A stretch of 64,000 nucleotides of DNA from a bacterium (lineage in GTDB: Bacteria; Myxococcota_A; UBA9160; UBA6930): NCBI GenBank assembly GCA_024226235.1, contig JAAELW010000238.1, positions 3,046 through 67,045 of the forward strand. The letters are read 5' to 3'. Shown here one piece after another: positions 15,924 to 24,092 of the stretch. A program made the translations under genes and the position numbers. The notes under the pieces were generated by a model. The model saw nothing but the letters and a program-made list of their open reading frames with translations, made no database searches and was not told the origin of the DNA. Position 1 is the first letter of the stretch; the number at the start of each line of letters is the position of its first letter.

Positions 15924-18902
15924 ATGGAAGAACGGAGCACACCGAAGGCCACTGCCGAGGCTACTGGCGGCAAGGCTCCCGCCGCGGGGCTGAGCCGTCG
16001 CCGCTTCCTTCACCTCAGTGGGCTCGGTGTGGCATCGCTGCCGCTGCTCCACTTCGAGAGTACGCCCGCGCGTGCGGCCGCCACGGCGAAACCCAAGCTC
16101 CTGAGCTGGGAGGATCTCTACCGGGAGCGCTGGACCTGGGATCGCGTGGCGAAGGGCTCCCACGGCTGGCTGAACTGCCGCAGCGCGTGCAACTGGGACC
16201 TCTACGTAAAAGATGGGATCGTCGTCCGAGAGGAGCAGGCGGCGAACTACGAGGCTTCGGAGCCCGGGGTACCCGATTTCAATCCTCGTGGTTGTCAGAA
16301 GGGCGCCTGCTACACGGAGGTGATGTATGGCCCGAGCCGACTGACGGTTCCGCTCAAGCGGGCCGGCGAGCGGGGAGAGGGCAAGTGGAAGCAGATCGGC
16401 TGGGACCAGGCCCTCCGCGAAATCGCCGAGAAGCTGATCGACATCTGCCAGCGGTATGGCGGCGAAGCGCTCGTCCAGGATCTGGGCCCCCACTTCGATC
16501 TCGGTGCAACCAATGCGGCTCGCAACCGATTCTTCGGCATGTTGGGTGCGTCTCTCCCCGATGACTGGGCGGAGATCGGGGACCTGAACATTGGCGCGAC
16601 GCTCTCGCTCGGAATCCCGCACATCGGAGGCTCTTCCGACGAGTGGTTCCTCTCGGACTTCCTGGTGGTCTGGATGATGAACCCCTCCGTCACCCAGATG
16701 TCCGATGCCCATTTCCTCTACGAGGCGAAGTACAACGGCGCGGAGCTGGCGGTGATCGACCCCGTCTACAGCGCCACCGCGATGCACGCGGATCAATGGG
16801 TCCCGATCCGGCCCGGCAGTGACGCAGCGCTCGGGCTGGCCACCGCGCGCCACATCTGGGAGAGCGGGCGGATCGATCTCGACTACGTCCGGGAGCAGAC
16901 CGACCTTCCCATCCTGGTCCGCCTGGATACCGGACGCTTCCTCCGCGAGTCGGATCTTCGCACGGGAGGGGCGGACGACCTGCTCTACCTCTGGGACTCC
17001 AAGCAGGACGCGCTCGTCCCTGCACCGGGCTCCCAGGGCAACGACGAGCGCGTAAAGCTCTTCCTGGAGGGACTCGAGCCCGTGATCGAGGGGCGCTTCG
17101 AGGTGGACCTCGCCGACGGCACCCGCATCGGGGTAGCGCCCGTGGGCTCACTACTGCGCGAGCACCTCGATCCATGGACCTTCGAGCGCGCGGCTGCGGT
17201 CACCGGCCTGGACGCTGCGGTGGTCGAGCAATTCGCCGAGGGCTTCGCGGCAGCCGAGCGGCCGATGGTGCTCTCGAGCTGGGGATCGAATCGCTACCTC
17301 CACTCAGACCTGATCAATCGGACCAAGCTGCTCTGCCTCTCGCTGAAGGGAGCGATCGGCAAGAAGGGCGCCGGCTACCACTCCACTGGCTGGGTCGGCA
17401 TCGATGGATTTGGCCAGGTTGCCCAGGACGCCGGAGAGGGTTTCATCGGAACGCTTCGCGGAATGGCGAAAGTGTTCGGAAGCGCCAAGGTGATCGGCAT
17501 GCTGGTGGACCAGATCGCCGGCAAGAAGTCCGAGGCGCAAGTCCAACACGAGCTGACGCGTCACCTGACCACCGGTGAGGATTCGTGCCTGACCAACTCG
17601 GCCAGCCAGAACTACAAATTCCAGGGCCTGGCCGACGATCTCGCGCGTGAGCAGGACCACCTGTATCCGCAACCGCTGGCTGCCTACGTGGCGGAATCCG
17701 AGGCCAAGGGCTGGATGCCCACGCATCCCGCGAAGGGCACCCGACCGCGCTGTTGGGTGACCGGGGGCAGCAACGTGCTGCGACGCACGAACCTGCCCCA
17801 GCGCATGCTCGAAACACTCTGGCCAGGGCTCGAACTCGTGATCGACGTGAACCAGAAGCACACCTTCACGGGGCTCCACGCCGACTACCTCCTGCCTGCT
17901 GCCGGCTACTACGAGAAGCCGGGCATCAAATACTCGGTGGCCTACGTCCCCTACCTGCACTACTGCGACCGGGCGGTGAAGCCGGTCGGTGAGGCGAAGG
18001 ACGAGTGGGAGCTCTACTCGCTGCTGGCCCGGGAGATCCAGCGGATTGCCCAGGAGCGCAACCTCGAGCCGACCCAGGGCTGTGGCACCCAGACGGTCGA
18101 GCTCAAGACGTTTGCCGACCGTTTCTCGTTTGCCGGAGAGTACGGGCCCGAGGATGTGGAGGCGGTCAACCAGTTGATCCTCGAGAAGAGCCCCTCGGCA
18201 GAAGGAATGACCGTCGAGAGCCTCAAAAAGACCGGTATCGCCAAATATCGGAGCGTCGGAGGGATGGGGATCCAGGAGAACCTCTTCAATTCGGATTGGA
18301 AGGGAGAGGGAATGATGCGTGCGCTCACGGACATGAGTGAGCAGCGCTGGCGCTGGCCGACATTGACCGGAAGGCAGCAGTGCTACATCGACCATCCGTG
18401 GTTCATCGGGGCCGGTGAAAGCCTGCCCGATCACAAGGAGAGCCCGAAGGCCGGCGGTGACCATCCGTTCCAGTTCGTTTCGTGCCACTCTCGCTGGAGC
18501 GTCCACAGCGTGTGGCGCGACACCACGATGCTGCTGCGCCTGCAACGTGGAGAGCCGGTCGTGTATCTGAACCCGGCCGAGGCTCAAAGGCTCGGAGTCG
18601 AAGACGGTGCCTGGGCCGAGATCAGCAACGACTACGGCAGCATCCTGATGCGCGCCAAGCACTCCGCCATGGTGCGTCCGACTGTGGCGTACTACTTCCA
18701 TGCCTGGGAGCCGCATCAGTTCCCGGAGCACAAGAGCTACAAGTGGTTGATTCCGGGTTTGATGAACCCACTGCATTTTGCGGGCGGAGAGGGACACCTC
18801 GGCTGGTTCTTCGGTCAGTACACGCCGGGCACCCACGTGCAGGACACGCGCGTTGCCATTGCACCCTCGAATGGCCCGCAGCGGCAGGGAGAACAGAGTT
18901 GA
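15924..18902 (+). CDS. Type II DMSO-reductase-family molybdoenzyme, catalytic alpha subunit (NarG/EbdA-like), Tat-exported
   Basis: Twin-arginine signal LSRRRFLHLSGLG. FS0 motif SHGWLNCRSACNWDLYVKDG...NPRGCQKGAC. NarG-like ...TQMSDAHF segment carrying the expected Mo-ligand Asp. Confidence 0.9.
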   Translation: MEERSTPKATAEATGGKAPAAGLSRRRFLHLSGLGVASLPLLHFESTPARAAATAKPKLLSWEDLYRERWTWDRVAKGSHGWLNCRSACNWDLYVKDGIVVREEQAANYEASEPGVPDFNPRGCQKGACYTEVMYGPSRLTVPLKRAGERGEGKWKQIGWDQALREIAEKLIDICQRYGGEALVQDLGPHFDLGATNAARNRFFGMLGASLPDDWAEIGDLNIGATLSLGIPHIGGSSDEWFLSDFLVVWMMNPSVTQMSDAHFLYEAKYNGAELAVIDPVYSATAMHADQWVPIRPGSDAALGLATARHIWESGRIDLDYVREQTDLPILVRLDTGRFLRESDLRTGGADDLLYLWDSKQDALVPAPGSQGNDERVKLFLEGLEPVIEGRFEVDLADGTRIGVAPVGSLLREHLDPWTFERAAAVTGLDAAVVEQFAEGFAAAERPMVLSSWGSNRYLHSDLINRTKLLCLSLKGAIGKKGAGYHSTGWVGIDGFGQVAQDAGEGFIGTLRGMAKVFGSAKVIGMLVDQIAGKKSEAQVQHELTRHLTTGEDSCLTNSASQNYKFQGLADDLAREQDHLYPQPLAAYVAESEAKGWMPTHPAKGTRPRCWVTGGSNVLRRTNLPQRMLETLWPGLELVIDVNQKHTFTGLHADYLLPAAGYYEKPGIKYSVAYVPYLHYCDRAVKPVGEAKDEWELYSLLAREIQRIAQERNLEPTQGCGTQTVELKTFADRFSFAGEYGPEDVEAVNQLILEKSPSAEGMTVESLKKTGIAKYRSVGGMGIQENLFNSDWKGEGMMRALTDMSEQRWRWPTLTGRQQCYIDHPWFIGAGESLPDHKESPKAGGDHPFQFVSCHSRWSVHSVWRDTTMLLRLQRGEPVVYLNPAEAQRLGVEDGAWAEISNDYGSILMRAKHSAMVRPTVAYYFHAWEPHQFPEHKSYKWLIPGLMNPLHFAGGEGHLGWFFGQYTPGTHVQDTRVAIAPSNGPQRQGEQS

Positions 18903-19936
18903 GCAAGCAACAAGCGAGCCGTCAGGTCGCGATGGTGATGGACCTGAACAAATGCCTCGGTTGCCAGACGTGTACGGTGGCCTGCAAGAAGCTCTGGAAT
19001 CGGGAGTCCGGCGCCGACTACGCGTACTGGAACAATGTCGAAACCATGCCGGGAAAGGGCTATCCGGGGCGATGGCAAGAGACCGGCGGCCGTCACGTCG
19101 ACGCTTCGGTCAAACGCGGCGAGCTTCCGAGCCTCGAACGCGACTACGGACGGGCGTGGAAGTTCAACCATCAGGACGTCGTCCGCTCGAACTCCAAGCG
19201 GGGGGACACCTGGCTTCGCCCGGAAGGCGATCCAAAGTGGGGTCCGAACTGGGACGAGGATCGTGGCGCGGGGAACTATCCCGAAGACAACCACTACTTC
19301 TACCTGCCTCGGATCTGCAACCACTGCACTCATCCGGCATGCCTGGACGCCTGCCCGCGCGCCGCGATCGAGAAACGGGACGAGGACGGGATCGTGTTGG
19401 TCGACCAGGATCGTTGCCACGGCTACCGCTTCTGCGTCGAGGCCTGCCCCTACAAGAAGGTCTTCTTCGATCCGGAAAGGCAGGTCGCGAACAAATGCAT
19501 CTTCTGCATGCCCCGGGTCGAACAAGGGGTGGCACCGGCCTGTGCGCGCCAATGCCCGGGGCGGATGCGCTTCGTCGGCTACCTGGATGACGAAGACGGA
19601 CCCATCCACAAGCTGGTATACGGCTGGAAGGTCGCGCTGCCGCTGCATCCGGAGTACGGGCTCCTGCCGAATGTGTTCTACGTCCCGCCGATGAGCCCGA
19701 GCGCGATGGATGCGAACGGGAAGCCGACGGAAGCGCCGCGCATTCCGATGGAAACCCTCGAGGGCCTGTTCGGACCCAGCGTACGCGAAGCGCTGGCGAC
19801 CGTCGAAGCCGAGCGCGCCAAGCGAAAACGGGGGGAGCCGAGCGAGCTGATGGACCTGCTGATCGCCTACGACTGGAACGAGAATTTCCAGCTCGGTGCG
19901 GGCGGGTCGGTCTGGCCGCGCGAAGGGAGGGCGTGA
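18899..19936 (+). CDS. Type II DMSO-reductase-family beta subunit (NarH/EbdB-like, four Fe-S clusters)
   Basis: Cys groups CLGCQTCTVACK, CNHCTHPACLDACP, CHGYRFCVEACPY (second Cys replaced, 3Fe-4S type) and CIFCMPRVEQGVAPACARQCP. I propose TTG 18899 as the start, overlapping the alpha stop; ATG 18932 is the alternative. Confidence 0.88.
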   Translation: MSKQQASRQVAMVMDLNKCLGCQTCTVACKKLWNRESGADYAYWNNVETMPGKGYPGRWQETGGRHVDASVKRGELPSLERDYGRAWKFNHQDVVRSNSKRGDTWLRPEGDPKWGPNWDEDRGAGNYPEDNHYFYLPRICNHCTHPACLDACPRAAIEKRDEDGIVLVDQDRCHGYRFCVEACPYKKVFFDPERQVANKCIFCMPRVEQGVAPACARQCPGRMRFVGYLDDEDGPIHKLVYGWKVALPLHPEYGLLPNVFYVPPMSPSAMDANGKPTEAPRIPMETLEGLFGPSVREALATVEAERAKRKRGEPSELMDLLIAYDWNENFQLGAGGSVWPREGRA

Positions 19937-20493
19937 TGGCGACGAGCCCCGGGAAGATCGAGCTGATTGCTGCACCCATCGGAATACAACCGGGTGGCTA
20001 TGTCCCGAAGGCCTACGCAGGCCGTGACAAGGCCCCGATGACACCGAGCCTCGAACTGGAGGTGGCGCAGCCGCCCGGAGCCTGGCGTCTGCGCCTGCGT
20101 TGGCCCTGCGCCGAGCCGGTCGTCGACGTGAGCGAGGATCCCTCGCTCTTCCCCGACGCGGCGGCGCTGTTCTCCCCCCAGCAAGAGGATACGCCCTGGG
20201 TCACGATGGGTGCGCCCGGCAACGGGGTGGATGGCGTGCTCTGGCGGGCCGATGGCGAACGCCTTCACCGCATTTCCGCCGAGGGTCTTGGCAGCATGAC
20301 GCGGTCCGACGCCCCGGAGAGCTGGCGCTCCAGCGCTGCGCACGAACGGGGCTTCTGGCAACTCGAGTTCACGCTTTCGGGCTGGGCCAGCTTGGATCGT
20401 TCGAAGAGAGTGGCGGTGGCCATCTGGCGCGGCTCGGCCCAGGATCGGGGCGGGCTCAAGTCCGTGACCGGGGGCTTTCTGGAGGTCGGGTGA
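19933..20493 (+). CDS. EbdC/NarM-like (EB_dh domain) putative heme-b gamma subunit, with no recognisable signal peptide
   Basis: ...DAAALFSPQQEDTPWVTMGAPG...VAVAIWRGSAQDRGGLKSVTG resembles the EB_dh heme-b domain, with candidate Met and Lys ligands. The start overlaps the beta stop. Confidence 0.65.
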   Translation: MMATSPGKIELIAAPIGIQPGGYVPKAYAGRDKAPMTPSLELEVAQPPGAWRLRLRWPCAEPVVDVSEDPSLFPDAAALFSPQQEDTPWVTMGAPGNGVDGVLWRADGERLHRISAEGLGSMTRSDAPESWRSSAAHERGFWQLEFTLSGWASLDRSKRVAVAIWRGSAQDRGGLKSVTGGFLEVG

Positions 20494-20495
20494 GC

Positions 20496-21020
20496 ATGGA
20501 AGCGCGGCTCGAAGCAGCGCTGCCCTTCGTCGCGTGGTCACGCGTCTGGAGCCCGCTCGCACCCGAAGCGTGGCGCCAGGAGGCGTGGACAGCGCTCTCG
20601 CTGCCGGGAAGTTTCGCAGATCTGGAGAGCGCCTTCCTCGATGCCTTCGTCATCGGGCTCGGTGGACCCGATGTCCCGCTGCTGCTCCACGCAGCGCTTG
20701 GCCGCGACGGCGGTACCGTGCGGGAGGATTGGATGCGGGTCATCCAGCACCTCGAGCTTCAATGGAAGGAGCAGGCGCTTCCGCCCGACCATCTCGGTGT
20801 GGCTTGCGACGTGGTGGCCCGTGCCATCGAGCGCGACGAGCCTCTGCTGATTCGCGAGCTCCGCAGGCGCTACCTGGATCCGTGGTGCGCGGTCGCATCC
20901 GAACGGCTTGTAGAAAAGGACGCCGGTCTGGCGGCGCTCCCCGAGGTCTTTGCCTCTGACCTGGCAGTCCTCGCACAAGCCGAGGCTGAGGCCGATCCGC
21001 CGTTCGGTGGCGTCTCATGA
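20496..21020 (+). CDS. TorD/NarJ/DmsD-family molybdoenzyme maturation chaperone (delta subunit)
   Basis: About 175 aa and helical: FADLESAFLDAFVIGLGGPDVPLLLHAALG...LPPDHLGVACDVVA...LRRRYLDPW. It sits immediately after the gamma gene. Confidence 0.7.
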   Translation: MEARLEAALPFVAWSRVWSPLAPEAWRQEAWTALSLPGSFADLESAFLDAFVIGLGGPDVPLLLHAALGRDGGTVREDWMRVIQHLELQWKEQALPPDHLGVACDVVARAIERDEPLLIRELRRRYLDPWCAVASERLVEKDAGLAALPEVFASDLAVLAQAEAEADPPFGGVS

Positions 21021-21054
21021 TAGGCTCGCCGTACCCGAATTGGAGCCCACGATC

Positions 21055-21432
21055 TTGAATACACCGATCCGTATCCTGGTTGCATTGCCCGGCGTCGTGA
21101 TGTTGATGAACGCATTGGGTTGGCTGATCCGCCCTGGACCCACGGCCGAAAGCCTCGCGATGCCGCTTCTGGAGGGGATGGCGCGCAGCACCCAGATTGG
21201 CGATCTGGGTGCGTTCTTCGCTGTGACCGGCATCGTGATCCTGCTCGGTGCCTGGCTACAGCAGCGCAGCTGGCTCTATTGCGGTGCGATGCTGCTTGGT
21301 GGTGCCGCGGCCTTTCGCACCCTCGCGTGGGCCTTCCACGATGCGGAGCTCGCAACCACATTCATCGCATCGGAGATCGTGATGACGGCGATCGTGCTAT
21401 TCGGCGCGTCGAGAGCCAATACGGAGGTATGA
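21055..21432 (+). CDS. Small 4-TM membrane protein (unknown function)
   Basis: Four hydrophobic segments (IRILVALPGVVMLMNALGWLI, LGAFFAVTGIVILLGAW, LYCGAMLLGGAAAF, IASEIVMTAIVLFG). The start is uncertain; I chose TTG 21055. Confidence 0.55.
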   Translation: MNTPIRILVALPGVVMLMNALGWLIRPGPTAESLAMPLLEGMARSTQIGDLGAFFAVTGIVILLGAWLQQRSWLYCGAMLLGGAAAFRTLAWAFHDAELATTFIASEIVMTAIVLFGASRANTEV

Positions 21433-21522
21433 TCCGCACGACACCACCCTCGCGAGTTCCCGCCGAGTGACTCGCACTGGGCCTTTGCATGTGCCAGCAT
21501 GGAACACGTTGGAGGTGCACGG

Positions 21523-22521
21523 ATGACGGATGTCCATCGGATCTGGGGGGCGGAAATATCCCCCTACTCAGTGAAGGTTCGCTCGTACTTTCGTTACAAA
21601 GCCATTCCCCACGAGTGGATCGTGCGCGGACCGGCCGAGATGGAAGAGTTCCAGAAGTACGCGAAGCTTCCGCTGATTCCCGCCGTGGCCACGCCTGAAG
21701 GCGAGGGGATGCAGGATTCGACTCCGATCCTGGAGACGATCGAGGCGCGCAACCCGGAACCTTCGATCCACCTTGGCGATCCGGTTTCGAATTTCGTCTC
21801 TGCACTGCTCGAGGAGTTCGGCGATGAATGGGGCAACAAGTGGATGTTCCATTTCCGGTGGGCCCGCGAGGCCGATCAGGACAGTACGGCTGCACGCCTT
21901 GCCGCCACGATGGCGCCAGGCGTCACGGGTGAGCCACTGCAGGGGATCATCGACGGTATCAAGGATCGGATGGTGAACCGGGTCTGGTTCGTTGGCTCGA
22001 ATGAACAGACGGCGCCGCAGATCGAACAATCCTTCAAGGACGCCCTTGTGCTGATCGAGGCCCATCTCGAAGGGCGTCACTACTTGTTTGGCGGCCGCCC
22101 CGCGTTCGGGGATTTCGGAATCTGGGGTCAGATCTACAATGCCTGGACCGATCCGACCTGCAAACAGATCATCGAGGCCGGGCACCCGAACGTATTGGCG
22201 TGGGTCCGGCGCATGCTGGATCCGAAGAGCGAGGGCGAGTTCGAGCCATGGTCTGCGCTCGAGCCGACCCTGCTGCCGTTGTTGAAGACCCAGGTCGGAG
22301 GGCTCTTCCTGCCCTGGTCGGAGGCGAATCGGAAGGCCCTGGAAGCCGGCGACGAGGAATTCACGGTCGAGTTGGCTTCCGGCCGGTGGACCCAGAAGCC
22401 CCAGAAGTACCACGCGCGGTCGCTGGCGAAGCTCCGGGAGCGCCTTGCGGCAGTTGCCGACAGGGCTGACCTCGATCCCGTGCTCGAGAGTGCGGGCTGC
22501 CTGCGCTGGCTCCAGGCCTAG
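21523..22521 (+). CDS. Glutathione S-transferase-like protein (long form, about 330 aa)
   Basis: GST N-terminal thioredoxin-like domain: IWGAEISPYSVKVRSYFRYKAIPHEWI...LPLIPAVATPEGEGMQDSTPILETIE. GST_C-like helices: YLFGGRPAFGDFGIWGQI. GGAGGT lies before ATG 21523. Confidence 0.8.
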   Translation: MTDVHRIWGAEISPYSVKVRSYFRYKAIPHEWIVRGPAEMEEFQKYAKLPLIPAVATPEGEGMQDSTPILETIEARNPEPSIHLGDPVSNFVSALLEEFGDEWGNKWMFHFRWAREADQDSTAARLAATMAPGVTGEPLQGIIDGIKDRMVNRVWFVGSNEQTAPQIEQSFKDALVLIEAHLEGRHYLFGGRPAFGDFGIWGQIYNAWTDPTCKQIIEAGHPNVLAWVRRMLDPKSEGEFEPWSALEPTLLPLLKTQVGGLFLPWSEANRKALEAGDEEFTVELASGRWTQKPQKYHARSLAKLRERLAAVADRADLDPVLESAGCLRWLQA

Positions 22522-22523
22522 AC

Positions 22524-23249
22524 ATGGCCACTGCCATTGTCGTCGGTGTGGGTGCCGAGAGGGGCGTGGGGGGTGCGTTGTGCCGGCGTTTCGCGAGCGA
22601 GGGGTTGCATGTACTGGTGGGTGGCCGCACCCCCTCCAAGATCGAAGCGGTCGTCGACCACCTGCGCGAGCAGGGGGGACGAGCGACTCCGGTCCAGATC
22701 GATGCCACACGCAGTGAAGACATCTCCCGAATCTTTGACGCAGCAGAGCAGGCCGGAGGCGTCCCCGAACTGGTCGTCTACAACGCTGGCAACAACCGGT
22801 TCAGCGGCCTGCGCGAGATGAGCGACGAGTTCTTCGAGGAGGTCTGGCGTATCTGCTGCTTCGGCGGCTTCCTGGTCGGGCGCGAAGCCGCGACGCGGAT
22901 GCTTCCTGCGGGCGGGGGGAGCCTGCTCTTTACCGGTGCCACCGCTTCGATGCGCGCCCGCCCACCTTTCACCGCCTTCGCGTCAGCCAAGGCGGCCCTT
23001 CGCATGGTGGCACACGGAATGGCCCGCGAATTCGGGGGCGAGGGCCTGCATGTCGGCCACGTCGTGATCGACGGCGTGATCGACGGCGACCGCATCAACG
23101 AACGCATGCCTGCGATCAAGGAGCGCCTCGGCGCGGAAGGGATGCTTCAGGTGGATGACATCGCATCTGCATTCTGGATGCTGCATACGCAGCCGAAGAG
23201 TAGCTGGACGCTGGAGCTCGACATCCGTCCGTTCAAGGAGAGCTTCTGA
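22524..23249 (+). CDS. Short-chain dehydrogenase/reductase (SDR)
   Basis: IVVGVGAERGVGGALCRRFASEG...YNAGN...FASAKAALR shows the Rossmann motif plus the SDR catalytic pattern. Confidence 0.85.
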   Translation: MATAIVVGVGAERGVGGALCRRFASEGLHVLVGGRTPSKIEAVVDHLREQGGRATPVQIDATRSEDISRIFDAAEQAGGVPELVVYNAGNNRFSGLREMSDEFFEEVWRICCFGGFLVGREAATRMLPAGGGSLLFTGATASMRARPPFTAFASAKAALRMVAHGMAREFGGEGLHVGHVVIDGVIDGDRINERMPAIKERLGAEGMLQVDDIASAFWMLHTQPKSSWTLELDIRPFKESF

Positions 23250-23252
23250 CCT

Positions 23253-24014
23253 TCAGCTGATGCGCGAAAAGCCGATCAGACCACCGCCATCGAGAACGAA
23301 AGCCTGGCCGGTGATCCAACCGCTGGCCTCGCCGTGGGCCAGGAAGAGGGCTGCAGCGGCCACGTCCTCGGGCTCGCCCAGGCGTTTCAACGGGTAGGAC
23401 CGCGCGACCTTGTCACCCTGGTCGCCCTCCCACAAGGCGCGGGCGAAGTCGGTCTTGATCAGGCCCGGCGCGATCGCATTGACCCGTACATGGGGTCCGA
23501 GTTCCGCCGCCAGCTGCTTGGTGAGATGGATCAGCGCAGTCTTGGTCAGATCGTAGACGCCGATAATCGGGCTGGTGCCGAAGGCACCGACACTGGCGAT
23601 GTTGATCACCGCGCCACCGTGCTCCTTCATGTGCCGCTGCCAGGCGCGTTGGGTCCAGAAGAGCGGGGCGGTGAGGTTCACTTCGAGGGTCTTCTGCCAG
23701 CGTGGCATGTCCACGTCGATGGTCGGCCCGGCATAGGGGTTGGTCGCGGCATTGTTGACCAGGATGTCGAGACCGCCCAGCCGGTCGAGGGTCGCGCTGA
23801 TCACGCGCTCTGAATCCTCGCTCTTTCCAATGTGGCCCGGTTCGAAGTGGGCGCGCTCGCCGATCTCTTTCACGGCCGCTTCGCAGCTCTCGGCGTTGCG
23901 CGAGGTGATCATCACCTCGGCACCGGCGTCGGCGAAGGCCTGGGCAATGCCCTTGCCGATGCCGCGAGAGCCACCCGTCACGAGCGCCACCTTGCCGTCT
24001 AGCCGCCATTCCAT
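23253..24014 (-). CDS. Short-chain dehydrogenase/reductase (SDR)
   Basis: GKVALVTGGSRGIGKGIA...NNAATNP...YDLTKTALIHLTKQLA...GQAFVLDGG. The start is moved to MEWRLDGK. Confidence 0.9.
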   Translation of the reverse strand: MEWRLDGKVALVTGGSRGIGKGIAQAFADAGAEVMITSRNAESCEAAVKEIGERAHFEPGHIGKSEDSERVISATLDRLGGLDILVNNAATNPYAGPTIDVDMPRWQKTLEVNLTAPLFWTQRAWQRHMKEHGGAVINIASVGAFGTSPIIGVYDLTKTALIHLTKQLAAELGPHVRVNAIAPGLIKTDFARALWEGDQGDKVARSYPLKRLGEPEDVAAAALFLAHGEASGWITGQAFVLDGGGLIGFSRIS

Positions 24015-24092
24015 CGCGGATTCTCCTCGGGCTCGAAAAATGACATGAGCAGTGTCATATTTCAAGGTTCACATCGATTCCGGAGACCCGAC

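Noticed and set aside
18482-18898. The N-terminal extension of the beta-subunit ORF (18482 start). The same issue applies to the extended starts of ORFs at 20100, 29268, 31742, 37845-38762, 38618-40495, 40150-41451, 43288-46200 and 46335.
   Set aside because: The extensions overlap the preceding well-supported gene and are compositionally aberrant. Shorter starts give RBS motifs or the ATGA/GTGA coupled junctions typical of operons, and they match the expected family lengths.
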